A DNA stretch of 64,000 bases from Spongospora subterranea f. sp. subterranea (GCA_049724395.1 JAUGWO010000012.1:124001-188000), one strand, 5' to 3'. Counted from the first letter of the stretch, positions 1-12,816 are shown. The notes: generated by a model from the letters alone, not told the origin. Made by a program: numbers and translations.

Positions 1-2611
1 CGAACGCGTCGAACTGCGACCCGTCCGATCGCGGATAGAGCTTGGTCACCATGATCATGAGCGGCCCGTTCGGGTCGCATTCGATCAGGCTCTGGCCCAC
101 CGATGTGGTCACATCCCCAGTATAACTGTTCTCCACTTTCAGCTTCGCCCCGCCCACCTGAAAAAACACAATTCGTAAAAAAGCGCTTCTTTGTTGAAAA
201 TACAGCTGAATTCAACAACGTGAAGAAATGATTTTAGCTGTTCAGGTTTGAGGAGATACGGAGAAATCGCGAAAAGAACAAAATAGATTGTGAAGCAGTG
301 TGCGAATGCGTCGAAATCGAGGGAAATTGTGGACGATGAGCGTTCTTACAGGGGAAGGAATGCGGTCCACAACAGCGTCGACGAACCCGGTGGAACTGCC
401 GAACAGCTTGGCGAATGTCAATCTGAGGAGCGGGCGCGGGTCCAGAAGCAGCTCCTTCTTCTTGAGGAAAATGCCCAATTCGCCCAGCAATGGCGCCACA
501 TCGCGAATTTCACACCCAAGAATATGGCTAAGAACACGACCAGCTCGATCAGCACACAAAACACCACCCCATTATGATGAAGAGAAAAATATATAGTTTG
601 AAAACCGGGACCTTTTTCAAATCATTGAAAAAAAACTTCAATTTCAACGAAATTTGAGAATGATTAGGAAATAGGGGCGAATACCTGTATATTTTATAAA
701 TCGGTTCGAGAATAAATTGAACAAAGGTGCGTTCTTTGGCGGTATCGCTTGGTTTGTTGACTATCGACCCCGATTCAGAATCGAGATAGTAATCGCCCCA
801 GAGGCGTTTGGCAAAACCCATCGCCGAGAATTTGGACGATTTCGATCCGTTCTGTCGCGATCCGTACAGCGTCGCGAACGACGGCAATGTGAATGACCTA
901 AACCCCAATATCGAATCGCATTCCAACATATTCCACAGACAACGCGAACTGACCATGAATAGAGGGCGGAGGCGAAGACGACGTTGCCGGACGCGGGGCA
1001 CATTCGGTCACGATAACCACAGCCTACGAGAACGCTGTTCACTTCCTCGATCGTGTGAACGAGTTTGTGATAGGCATCGGTTGGGGGCAGTTTCAGCTCC
1101 AAAAGCAATCGATCGACTTTGTTGATCACCAGAATAATCGGGAGATTCTCCTGAACATTCGACGATAAATCGACGTTGGTTTCGATGAACACGGTGAATG
1201 AACAGTTGGGACCTGGGCGGCGCATTTGAGGACGCGCTCGGTTTGGACCATGACGCCTTCGACGGCGTCGACCAGGATGATGACGCCGTCGGCCAGGCGG
1301 AGCGCCGCCGTTGTCTCGTCGCTGAAGTTCACGTGCCCGGGGCAATCCATGATGTTCATGAGATAGGACTTCCCGCGTAACGATGGCAGAACCAACGACA
1401 TCGGCATACACTTCACTGATAAACCCAGTTCTTGTTCGTCTGATCCAAAAACACAATCCAACGTCAATGACTCTTGGCAAACAACAAAATCGGCAAATTC
1501 AATGGAAAACGACATCAAAATTCAAAACAATCACGTTATTGAAACAAACAATGGTCATCGCCACCGAGAACATGAAACGATGACAGAGCCGTTCGGGATG
1601 AAGTACCTTTGCGATTATCGGTGAACCTAACCTGGACCTGTGGATCCCAGAACCGGGTGTGCGTCTCGCGAACCAGCATGTCCATGAACGACGTCTTCCC
1701 ATGATGCAGGTGCCCGACCAGCGCCACGTTCCTGATCATAGTCGGGTGATCCATCAACCCTACACCACAGATCACGCGACGAACACACGATTTCAGAAAA
1801 AAACCGAAAACACGAACAACACCCGAAATCGTAGGACAATAACGCGTTTCCTGTCAGCGTAGAACCGACCACCTAAGGGGATTTTAAACAAACGCACCTG
1901 TAAGAAATTTCCATTCAAATGTGGTTTGCTGATAGGCGTCCGCGTCTTGCAGCTCGAAATTGTTGACCTTGATTGGGGCGATGATCGGGGTCTCCAACGG
2001 CTGTGTGTCCTCGTCCTGAACCAGGGTCTCGGCACCCGGATACACGTCCGACGCCGACGGGAAGTAGTTCTTATCGTGATAGAGCACGACCTGCGATGTG
2101 AACGCAAATCAGCAACCCGCGTTGGCGGAGGTCAACGAAAAACAGGGTGGGCAACGGTGTCGACCCAGGAATCGGTTTCACGTCAGATCGTTGTTGAACA
2201 AAAACAAAACGGTTCCCAAGAGAAACAGAGTGGTATTCGAAAATTGGATGACAATGGATCGAATGGCGATAACAGTATCCAGTTGTGAATCGTTCAGACG
2301 AATATCAACTGAATCATCAAGTCGATGATATTCGGTGAAAAATACGATCGATCGACTGGGTCGAACGAATGACGAAAAACAGCGGGTGTGGTGTGGTGAA
2401 TGGTCGTGGTTTTAAAACGGAGGGTCTCCACCTGATGGCTCTGTGGCTGTTGCTGTTCGCGATCGTCGATCCGTTCGTCTAGGTCCATGGTGGACGATGC
2501 CCCCGGCGCCATCATCATACCTCCATCGCCCATATAATCATCGTCGGATTCCGATTCCCCAGCCGAGGTCGACGGGCCCAAATAGTTGCCGAAATCGTCG
2601 TAAGCGTCCAT
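1..2611 (-). CDS. EFTUD2: U5 snRNP 116 kDa GTPase (Snu114/EFTUD2), 5' part; multi-exon, runs off the left edge
   Basis: [14 protein letters not shown]-terminus; [24 protein letters not shown]1 box [51 protein letters not shown] introns rejoin the frames. Confidence 0.97.
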
Positions 2612-2943
2612 CGCGTGTCGGGGAGATCAGGGTCGTCTTCACGACACGGGTGGCGTTGTTGTTGCCGGGATGGCGACACGCTCGCTGTACTGTACAGCAA
2701 CACCCGCACGTTACCCTATATGTACACTCTAGGGTGTTACAGGTTCAACGTGACGGACTCCGTACACGGACACAGTAACGAAAAAACAACCAATTTCATG
2801 GAGATAAAAACGAGTTTTTTTTTTGGTGTCTGTCAATGGAAAAAGTGAGTTGATGATAATGATTTTTCTAGTGTTTTTTTTGTTTATATTTGAAAGGCGT
2901 TTTAGCGATTGTTGTTGGCGGTTTGGTTGGGATTGATGGCGAT

Positions 2944-4493
2944 TCAGGATTGAAGCGGTGCGGAAGATCGAGAAGGGGTTGGCAAGCGATGGAGACGGTT
3001 GACGAAGGTGTACGACGATAGGAAGATGAACAGGTAGCGGAACCAGACCAGCTGCGAGGCGTGGGCCGACATGGCGCGATACGACAGAAGCGGATCGGCG
3101 CTGATGTAGACAACTAGGAGACCCGCGGTGTCAGCAAACCAACATCAGAAACAACAACGACGTTCGTCGCCCCGGACCGATCGCCAACAACAGGAAAAAC
3201 GCGAAATGGATTGGACTTGACACAAATGACGGGAAACACAGAGTCGATAGTGAAATGTTCCAAACCTTGGTGTGCGCCAGTTCCATTCACGATCTCCATC
3301 AGAATATTGATTGGCCCAAGATACTTCCTCCAGAGCGGAACGCTGTCAAGCGCCCAGACGGCCAGGCCGTGATCCATTGCCCGAATCGCTCTGTGGACCG
3401 AGATGTGGTTGATGTGCCCGCTAACGCCATAATCTGTGCCGTTGTTCAGCTCAGTTCCCGTCCAACGATTGTTTTTGGGAATCTTTACCGTCGAAGGTCA
3501 TAATCGATTCAATCTCGTGCCGTTCGACAAACGATCGAACATGATCCTGAATGACGTCCAATGGCCAATCCTAATTCACAGCCCCGTTTGAAAACGGGTT
3601 GGGGCGACAATCGCGCCCAATTCCAGTACGTTTGTCATTTGATCCGGTAGGCGATTGTCGTCGACAACTTCGACCGTTGTCATCCCTAATATGCTGGCCG
3701 CCGATTGTAGCTCCGACGATCGAATACGCCCTAGCCCAACGTTATTCCCTAACATTCACAACCGTGTCAACAGCGATTTTCAGAAATCAACGTCCACGAT
3801 AATATTGGCGATGATTGTTGCGATTTCGCAAATCTGATCAAAACCGAAGGAAAATTGTGGATAATCAGAGAATCGCTGTTCAAAACCAAAGAAAACTGTG
3901 GATGATTAGAGAATCGCTGTTCAAAACCAAAGAAAACTGTGGATGATTAGAGAATCGCTGTTCAAAACCAAAGAAAACTGTGGATGATTAGAGAATCGCT
4001 GTTCAAAACCAAAGAAAACTGTGGATGATTAGAGAATCGCTGTTCAAAACCAAAGAAAACTGTGGATGATTAGAGAATCGCTGTTCAAAACCAAAGAAAA
4101 CTGTGGATGATTAGAGAATCGCTGTTCAAAACCAAAGAAAACTGTGGATGATTAGAGAATCGCTGTTCAAAACCAAAGAAAACTGTGGATGATTTACCAT
4201 TGGAAAGACACAATAAATGAACCTTTCGGGGATACTGTGCGATAACCGACGGGATAAAGAACATTGATTCATCTGTTGAAGAAACACGATGGGGGATTAA
4301 CCGAGAGGGCGTCGGAGACACACACAGAGAGAGATTGGCCCAGACCGTCGGGATGGGCGATCACGATCGCGATCGGACCGGGCGAGATCGCGATCGCCCC
4401 AACCGCCAGGCGGCGATAGGCCGACTCGATCCACCTCAGGATCAGACCGCCCGACACCGCCAACAGCGCCATGAACCAGACACCGCTCGCCAT
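2944..4493 (-). CDS. PIGL: N-acetylglucosaminyl-phosphatidylinositol de-N-acetylase (PIG-L/GPI12), multi-exon
   Basis: N-terminal TM segment; spliced AHPD|DESMFF; LCLSNG|NNVGLGRIRSSEL; TFD|DYGVSGHINH; AMSAHASQLVWFRYLF; stop TGA at 2944-2946. Confidence 0.93.
3857..4194. repeat. 41-bp minisatellite, 8 full copies plus a partial copy, inside a PIG-L intron
   Basis: Unit gtggatgattagagaatcgctgttcaaaaccaaagaaaact starts at 3857, 3898, 3939, 3980, 4021, 4062, 4103, 4144 and 4185 (partial). Confidence 0.97.
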
Positions 4494-5033
4494 CTTCTCG
4501 AACACCGTCAACCCGTATCGCCACCTCGTCGCGGTCAATTCCCGAACTGGAACCGCTCGACACAAATTGCGGATTGGCCAGATATGTTGGAACCGATGAA
4601 CGGCGATTCTGGTGTCGAATCTCAAATTTCTCTGCTATTTGTTTTTTTTTTGGAAAAAAATTGTTCAATTCGCTTTTGAGACGTTTGTTGACGACAAGCA
4701 ATAGCCCCTTCTGCAGTGTTCGGAAATACAAAATGAAAACTGGATATCCCGAGAATGGGGGAACGATCCGGGGCAAGAGCCATTGACAGTCAACGTGGAA
4801 CTCGACGACCATGGCCAACGAGCTGAAACACATTTCAGGCTCAAACAACCACACGTCGTGACGACACCGCTGTAAATGGCAACGATTCCGCCGACAGATC
4901 GGGTCGACCGGTGCGATATCGTGTGAGCACCGTTGGCCGAAATCGGATCACGACACCCTGGTCGAGAGATATTTTCCAGCGGATCGATCAGCAACGTTCG
5001 GGGGTCAATGCGCCAGACCAGACCCACCAAGCG

Positions 5034-7525
5034 ATGGCGCTACGTCGCCGGGTCCTATTACGTCGTCAGCGATTATTGGAAGGCGGCGACATCCCCAGGT
5101 CGCTGATGGGATTGCTGTCGTCGTTGCGCGTCCTCGAGGACGTGACCGGGTCCAGTTTCCTGCACCAGCTGTTCCGGCGCATTCCGGGCGGGGACGACCG
5201 GCGATGGCGCCTGCTCGTGGCGCTACCCCGACCCGACAACCACGTCTGCACGAAGCTGGACGCGCTGGAGGACGACCTGAACGCGTTCGCCGACGGGATT
5301 CGCCAGGGAACGCAGGGCGCCACGCAAGCGGTTCTGAAGCTGTCGCTGAGCGAGGAGGCCAAACTGGGCCGGAAGATCCTCGGGAGTAGCGCCAAGCTCC
5401 ATATGCAGATCGTGAGACAGCTCAAACCGGTATTCGCCGCTCAAGAAACGATCATTGAGAAAAGAAGGTCGGTGGGAAAAAAGTCTCCATGTTCTCGTGA
5501 TTTTGCGGTTCAGAAAATTTCGACTTGGACTTGTTCGATGACAATGGCCGATTGGTTTCTTGAGATTTGTGGGAAAACCGTTGAGTTCGAAGTCCGACAA
5601 CACCGTTGCCGAATCGCTGCCGATCTATAGGAAGGTGACCCGATTGGATGTTCGCAATCCGGCGCATATCGATCTGTTGGATCGGGCCATTCGCCATGTG
5701 GCCGACGACGGCGATCGGAAACCCGAGTACGCGTTCCCGGTCGAATATGATGCAAGGTTTGGCGATGATCAGGAGGTTGGTCCCTTACAGATGTTCCTGC
5801 CCGGCTGTTGCTGATTGCTGTTGGGCTCAGGCTCCTGTTGTATTGGGATTCCCCGACCCGATCGACGTTCTTAGAGGCGCCGACCCATCACAGCACCAAC
5901 GCCATCCCAAGGTAATCGGGGTGCGCCGGTTCCCCCGCCGACATTGATCGCCGGTCGTCCAGGGCCGGACACCGTTGACCCTGTCGCAATCGGATCTGAT
6001 GGATTGGCTGGATCAGTTCAATACGTGTTGTGTTGGTGCCGGCCATATCCTCGACCTGTATCTGTTGGCGGTCCAATGTCAGCTCGTGTCGTTGGCCATA
6101 TCGGAATTGATGGAGCAGCCAAGGTCTAACAACCCATCTCGTATTCCCCGTTTTTTCTTCAAGGAGGTGGTTAACGGTTGGATTGCGCTGAGCAGAGTCT
6201 ATTCAAGCGCCATGGCGGCGGTCACGACCATGTCGTCTCAGCTCGTCCGCCTGGGGATCCCCTTACTCGATCAGCTATTCTGTCTGGTCGACCACAACTT
6301 CATCAAGGACAACCTGTTCCCGTTATCGTTCGCCGGAATCGCTCGCGGTCCCTACTGGCAACGAGCCCGGCAGCTGATCCGACGCGCGTCAATGCTAGGC
6401 AGGTGCTGAACCCCCCGGCGTAGCGCCAACTGCTGTTGACCGCACGACTTCCCCAGATGATATGCTCTCGGCCCTCGATATTCTGATATTGCCGTCGCGA
6501 ATCGCCGCCCACGATGGCGGTATCAAAGCGGTGTCCTGCGCCCATCTATGCCCCGATCACATCGTGACCGGCGGTGCCGACGGCCTCTGCCGGATATGGG
6601 ATATGAAGAACGGGTCGTGTCGTGGCCAGCTGGTTGGCCATTCCTCGTGCATCACCTGGGTTAGCTTCTCCTTGTACGACACCCATATATATTCCACGTC
6701 GTTCGACAGCACGCTCAGGTCAATCACATTGATGTCGATGCGGTTTCGTTGACAACCGATCGTTGTAGAATTTGGAACAGCCGAACGGGCCTGTGCGAGC
6801 AAGTTCTACGAGGGCATCATGACGCCATATTACAAGGGGCGATCAGCAGCGATTTCCGTCGCCTGGCGTCGGCCAGCATGGACTCAACCGTCCGAATCTG
6901 GGAATCGCGAACCGGTCAGTGCACGCATGTGCTACATGGCCATCAAGGATGGGTCAAGTGTGTCGCGTTTGGCAAATATGGACACACGGTCGTGACTGGC
7001 GGATTAGATCGAAAGGTTGTTGGCAACGCGGGTTTGGTCAACGGATGTTGACGATCTTATCTGGACTGTTGACAGGTTCATATCTGGGTACTGGCCAGCG
7101 ATTCTGCGCCTCGTGTTCGACACACTATCCATGCGCATCGCGATTTCATCTTGGATGTGGCGACGTGTTTATCGCCAAGCTTCGCCATCACCTGCTCGAA
7201 AGATCAGTCCGTTCGGGTAATGTTCATGGCCCAGGTCGAACGTTGGCTGATCGTCGATAAACAGGTGTGGAACATGGTCAATGGTCAACCCGAACGGGAA
7301 CTGAAGAGTTCAGGGTGGATCCGAACTCTGCAGGTCTCTCCCGACGGCACCATGGTGGCCACCGGATCGTTCGACAATTGCATCTCCATCTTCCGAATAA
7401 CGTCGGGCCGATTACTACGCAAGCTGCGAGTGCACAATAGTGGAATACTGAAGATCGCGTGGTCATCGAATAGGACGATGTTGTGTGCGACTACAGATGG
7501 ATATCTACAGATTGTTGACATATAA
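5034..7525 (+). CDS. WD40-repeat protein, probably with a long N-terminal non-WD region (5034-6398) joined by a GC-AG intron; could be two adjacent genes
   Basis: WD repeats from 6462 (GADGLCRIWD, GHSSCI, GHHDAI..SMDSTVRIWE, GHQGWV, TGSFDN); upstream exons open from ATG 5034; a 58-nt AG|GCAGGT...ccccag intron (6399-6456) joins them in frame. Confidence 0.75.
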
Positions 7526-7711
7526 AAACAAACTGATAACATCATTATATGATTTTGGGCGAGCGATTGCTGATATCGAACGGCGGCGAAAGACAGCCGA
7601 TATTATCCACTCTCTACGTAGGACAGCGAAACATACAAGGGACCCTATCAACCATGAAATAATCATCGTGCACGGAAATAATTTATTGCAAGGCGCCTCG
7701 GCTTACCGAAA

Positions 7712-8303
7712 TCACATGGCCAGTTTCATTGGAGATAAACACAATGGATTCATCGCCCAATCGTCATCGCTATTATAGCTGATATCACTTGCGGCGCTAC
7801 AAACTGATGGCGACCTCTCCACCGCAATCTCCCAAGTTTGATTGCGATCTAGGTCAAACTGCACACTTCTCCGGGTTGGCGTTTTGGGTAGTCTCAATTC
7901 TCTGTTTGCACTGAAAATAAGCAAATACTCCTCATGATTTCAGCCTAAAATACTTGATTGTGGAAGACTTTACAAACAGTATATCGTTATCATCGGCAGC
8001 ACATGGATTGGCGGTAATTGATGTTTTAATGCACTTGTGGGATCTTTGAATGGCGACAATGGATTGACTGGAAGGTGGTGAGATGAGCCAGCAGATTACG
8101 ACAATGAGAGGGAGGAAAAACACAACAATCGCTCCAGCTATATATTGTCAACACAAGGATTAGAAGGCGAACTTTGACCTTGTAGCCAGCAATCAACAAC
8201 CTATGATCCCGTACAGAATCGCGCATGAGAAAAATATTCCTATATATATTGTCGATGGTGAATTCTCGTTGACCTGACACAATCGCGCAGCCGAGGTGGA
8301 CAT
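7712..8303 (-). CDS. Small hypothetical single-TM protein, multi-exon (model uncertain)
   Basis: ATG 8303; hydrophobic exon GAIVVFFLPLIVVICWLI; last exon RRSVQFDLDRNQTWEI...AM*. Confidence 0.4.
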
Positions 8304-8386
8304 TAGTTTCGTACGTTGATTAAATCAATAAATATAGGGCGATATAGAAGATATTGATGGTTTAATGGGCCCTCTATGACTTATGA

Positions 8387-8808
8387 CAACTGAAATGGGG
8401 TTACACCTTAGGGGTCATACCTAACACAATAATAGCGGGTAACACCCCCAACTCTACAGTATATAGTGTATACCCTATCGCAATTGAAATGGGGTTACAG
8501 TAGAGTGGTCATAAATAACACAACAATCGCGGGTAACACCCCCAACTCTACAGTATATAGTGTATATATAGTGTATACCCTATCGCAATTGAAATGGGGT
8601 TACAGTAGAGTGGTCATAAATAACACAACAATCGCGGGTAACACCCCAACTCTACAGTATATAGTGTATACCCTATCGCAATTTAATTAACACAATAATA
8701 GCGGGTAACACCCCCAACTTTACAGTATATAGTGTATACCCTATCGCGGGGTTACATTAGAGTGGTCATAAATAACACAATAATAGAGGGTAACACCCGA
8801 CAACACTA
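8387..8808. repeat. Degenerate tandem array of ~95-105 bp units (about 4.5 copies), possibly subterminal repeats of a DNA transposon
   Basis: Recurring tgaaatggggttaca...gtggtcataaataacaca...gcgggtaacacccccaactctacagtatatagtgtataccctatcgc; the right end reads TAGTGTTG on the minus strand. Confidence 0.85.
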
Positions 8809-9466
8809 CAGACAGTTACAGTGCCCCGCCGCCCGTGCCTGCCGGGTATTGGCGGTAGTCGGTACGGGTGCAGCAGCTGAGTACGGGCGGGTACGGGTGC
8901 CAAATATGAAATATTGGGCGATTATCCTGCCCCCAGAAGTAAAGATCGCTGCCAAAGAACTCAGGGCGGTCTTCGCCATGTGTTGACCTCTGTACGGGAC
9001 ACCATCTTGTTGACTGCGGCCAGACACAAACAGGAGTTCGATGGTCGTTTGATTAACCGTGGCGAAAACGGCGCGAATTTCTGGCAAGAAAGCGCGAGAT
9101 TTTGCAGCAGTTGACTAATGTTGAATGTTTTTATCAAGCCTTAAGATCATGTCGCGATGATCCTGGTGTGTGCGGGCTCCGGGTTCTTCACTATTGCCGA
9201 GTCTCTTCCAAAACAGGTAATGAGCACATCGAGCAAGATCAATACGGTCCTCTAAAACCTCATCAAGCCCTCAGTTTCCACCTCCAATGTTCAAATACTG
9301 TTCACCTTTGCCACTGCTTCAAGTCCTAAGTCGTCTTCATGACTCACCATCCATTCGACGATAAAACAATTATCGTGGACGCTCAACAGATCCGATCTGA
9401 GAAGATCGCAGCGCGGAAATGGGTAATTTCTACATGATAAAAAGGAAAAGTGGTATGTGGGTCGTT

Positions 9467-11527
9467 TTATCTAAGAATTGACCCATGTAAATATTGTAAG
9501 ACAGGAATTAACGCTTCGATTATGTCTTCGATTCTGCATTGAGCTTCTGATGCGTCCAGCTCAATATCTGCTTGGAGAACGTCAACATCATCGGCGTACT
9601 GGTCGTTGAAACATTCCTGAAGACGGACCGAGGAGAGTGTCATCTCCATGATCTGGTGTAATTCGTCCGTAAACGAGTGGAAGAACTGACGTAATGCTCG
9701 CGCTGCGACAAGAACATCCACGTGACCGGATTGCCAACCGTCAACTATCTCGGCAAGCTTGGTCACAATCTTGGACGATAACAGCGCCATCGAGCGTGTC
9801 GTCAGCGAATGTGACTTCGCACAGAGTTCGCTGATGTCATCACATGATCCAGAGCCCAAATGAACACGCAAAACCTGTTTATGCCAACTCCTGCACGAAA
9901 CGATAAGTTGTTGCAGCTCAACTAGCAATGAGTTCGGCTGATCATCAGACAAAGAAGTTAAATCGTCAAGAAGGGACTTGACTTGATCAACAGTGGCCCG
10001 CTGGCCATCATCGCATTGTGGTAACCACCTTTGCAACGCAATAAAGCTTTCACGAGAGACAGATTCCAACCGAGCCATGGCTCTATTTCCACCATCAGCT
10101 TCGTAAATATCGTCAAACGCCTCCTGAAAGCATTCAGTATTGCTATCAGGAAAGCAATGATTGTCATTCAGAACAGGTTCAACATTTTTTTTGCGGGGAT
10201 GTTGTGGTGAAGAGCAGCCACGTGGAGAGTGACCAACCTCTGGTCGCGGAGATGGCGAACGGTCAGCATTGCTAAGAAAGGAATCGATAATATCGTCAAC
10301 TTCATCCACCTGATTTCTGTCGACGTCGCCGGCGTCACTTTGCCTGTGATAGACCGGCGAAGCTTTTCTAGAACTTTCAACACCCAAAACGTGACGTTTT
10401 TCTTGGGCGACGGTTTCTCCGAGCTTATAGGATTCGACCGCCAAAGGTTGCTGTGTATCGGGAGAAGATCCTTGAGCTGATAAACCAGGAAGTGTCGAAG
10501 AGACAAGGATTTTCGTCGTTTCCAATGCTTCAGAGGTGAAACTTTGCCCTGCTTGGAGAATTTCCAAACCAGATTGACCCGCTGATAATTTCATTTCATC
10601 AAACACGTCATGAAACCAACTGGAATCGACCGTGACCTCCGCATCGTCTGGTGCTAGAAACTCTGTCGAAGAATTTGACGATTTCGAAGAAGGATGTGTA
10701 GAGTTTGGCGAAGTAAGCACGGGTTCTGCCGGGGTTCTCCAGTTCTGAGTCGCCGCTGATGTAGGAACATCAGGGTGTATTGCCTTTGCAGATCTGACCT
10801 GAGAGATTGATTTGATCGGTGAATCCACTGATAACGGCGATGGAATATTATGCAAATCTGGGATCGAAACATCAGGAAATTGCTCATTATCAGGCAAATC
10901 GCCGGCCTGCAACAGTTGGCTGGTATTGGACAAAACAGGTAATGCATGTTCATGTCGATTAAAATGATCGTGTTCGAACCTGACATGGGCCTTGACAGAA
11001 TCAAACGCTTCTGAAGCGACGTGCTCGATGTTAACGGGGACTTTGACAGAATCGATCGCTTCTGAAGCGACCTGAAACAGTTCCCGACCTGATTGACTGG
11101 CACTCGCCTTGACATCGTCTAAAACCGCGGCGACAGTACTGAACCAAGATCCAGATTGTGGCTCTTTGGCCATTTCCTGACGAGTTGGGTCCTGACCCAA
11201 TCTGTCTTCAGGGAGGAGGATCAGATCAGCAGCAGACGATGTAACTTTCGCTGCTAATGTGGACCACGCCCACCCAGAATTGCCTAATCAATAGAATCAT
11301 CACTTTTAACATATCCATGATAGGTGTAGGCAATTGATCCAACCTGCATGATTCTCGACTGTAGATGGCACCGGCGAAATCGGCGAAGGAGCCCGTTCGA
11401 CATTCGCTGCCTCTGCAGGTGACCTCGATGGCGCTGGCCGGTCAATATTCGTGGGACGGATTACAGGCGCTACCCCAGTATCATTCTCGTCCCCATCGCT
11501 CCAGAAATCGTCATCCCAATTGGACAT
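9467..11527 (-). CDS. FAM114A/DUF719-like protein, 2 exons
   Basis: MSNWDDDFW start; GWAWS motif; FDDIYEADGGNRAMARLESVSRES and C-terminal LDASEAQCRIEDIIEALIPVLQ resemble FAM114 motifs (FDEYQG..LEALE.LS.ES; LEAS.S..YIQDAF.LL.PVL). Confidence 0.7.
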
Positions 11528-11923
11528 TGAATGGCGCCAGAGAACTGGCGAACTCCGCGACCAGTTGACGATGAGACTACGCTGGTGCTGTTTCTAGACG
11601 GGGCATGCGACCTAGACGCGACGATTCAATCAATCTGGGGATTGGGGTTCGAAACACAGTTAATTAAACGATGCGCTGATATGACCTTTATGATATCAGC
11701 TGGACTACATCACAATAGGGCCCACCACTGTACTGTGTGTGAGGCAAGAGGCCGTTCCTGGCGCTATTTCCGGCCACCATAAACACATCGAGAATATTCG
11801 GCTTTCAGAAAATTCGTATCACGGCAAACACTTACTGATGCGTTTTTCCATGGTTTGCGAAAATGAAGGATAAACTAATCACGCAACAAAATCGTGAAAC
11901 ACTCTGAATGAGGGATGTAATTA

Positions 11924-12337
11924 CCGTAGATGACAATACTATCCATCTGACAAAATTAGCAAAACTCCGTGGAAATGACAAAATTAGTGCCATTTTCAAT
12001 AGATTTGGTGACAGAATTATCCATTTGAGAGCCCTTGCAATGACAAAATTCAAGAATTTATCCATTTGGCGGCCTCACAGTGAGGAAAAAGTCGAGCGGC
12101 GCAAAGCTATTTTTTGATGTTCGGATGCTATGTTTTGCTTCAACAAAGCGCGTGAAAAAGTGCGATGAGCAAAAACGGAGATTTTCAGGTGGCATGACTA
12201 AATTACTCAATTTTTCAGATTGTTTATGACAAATTTTTTTCCATTTTTACCGCACGAAAAAAAATATATATATGCCGTGACATTATTAGCATCTATTTAC
12301 GGACCTAAATGTGGATGGATAATATTGTCATCTACGG
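11924..12337. mobile_element. Tc1/mariner-pogo-type MITE, 414 bp, TA target-site duplication
   Basis: 24-bp TIRs ccgtagatgacaatactatccatc / gatggataatattgtcatctacgg (1 mismatch), flanked by TA at 11922-23 and 12338-39; internal tgacaaaatt repeats; no convincing ORF. Confidence 0.85.
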
Positions 12338-12451
12338 TAGTCAGGTCAAAGGAATTGTTGAAGGACTATGAGGTAGATCACACGGCAGATACAGAAAAGG
12401 AAGAATCGAAAACAAAGTTGGCAAGACAGTCAAGAAGAAAATGAAAAAGAA

Positions 12452-12525
12452 TACACAAAGACGGAGTCGAACCGCCGACCTCCCCAGTGTGAGTGGGATG
12501 TCATAACCAACTAGACCATTCGTGC
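12452..12525 (-). tRNA. tRNA-Val(CAC), copy 1
   Basis: GCACGAATGGTCTAGTTGGTTATGACATCCCACTCACACTGGGGAGGTCGGCGGTTCGACTCCGTCTTTGTGTA folds as a cloverleaf; A and B boxes; downstream T-run. Confidence 0.93.
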
Positions 12526-12596
12526 TATTTGTTGCTGCAACATCCTTCAAAGACCTATGTCAAGAAGAACATCATGGAGTAAAAGAGCAAAATATG

Positions 12597-12670
12597 TACA
12601 CAAAGACGGAGTCGAACCGCCGACCTCCCCAGTGTGAGTGGGATGTCATAACCAACTAGACCATTCGTGC
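12597..12670 (-). tRNA. tRNA-Val(CAC), copy 2
   Basis: Identical to copy 1. Confidence 0.93.
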
Positions 12671-12742
12671 TGTTTGTTAGTGCAAAACTCTTTAATGACG
12701 TAGTTTAAGAAGAACCTCATGGAGTAAAGGAGCAAAAATATG

Positions 12743-12816
12743 TACACAAAGACGGAGTCGAACCGCCGACCTCCCCAGTGTGAGTGGGATGTCATAACCA
12801 ACTAGACCATTCGTGC
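12743..12816 (-). tRNA. tRNA-Val(CAC), copy 3
   Basis: Identical to copy 1. Confidence 0.93.

Noticed and set aside
290..2848. Plus-strand ORFs over EFTUD2, and similar antisense ORFs over other GC-rich genes
   Set aside because: Shadow ORFs caused by codon bias of the real gene on the opposite strand
3857..4194. CRISPR-like regular repeat
   Set aside because: Units are head-to-tail with no unique spacers, lie in a eukaryotic intron, and no cas genes are present
8830..9330. Short ORFs right of the tandem array
   Set aside because: Multiple stops and no recognisable motif
12452..12816. Repeat-spacer array resembling CRISPR
   Set aside because: The 74-nt repeats are tRNA-Val genes and the spacers are homologous to each other
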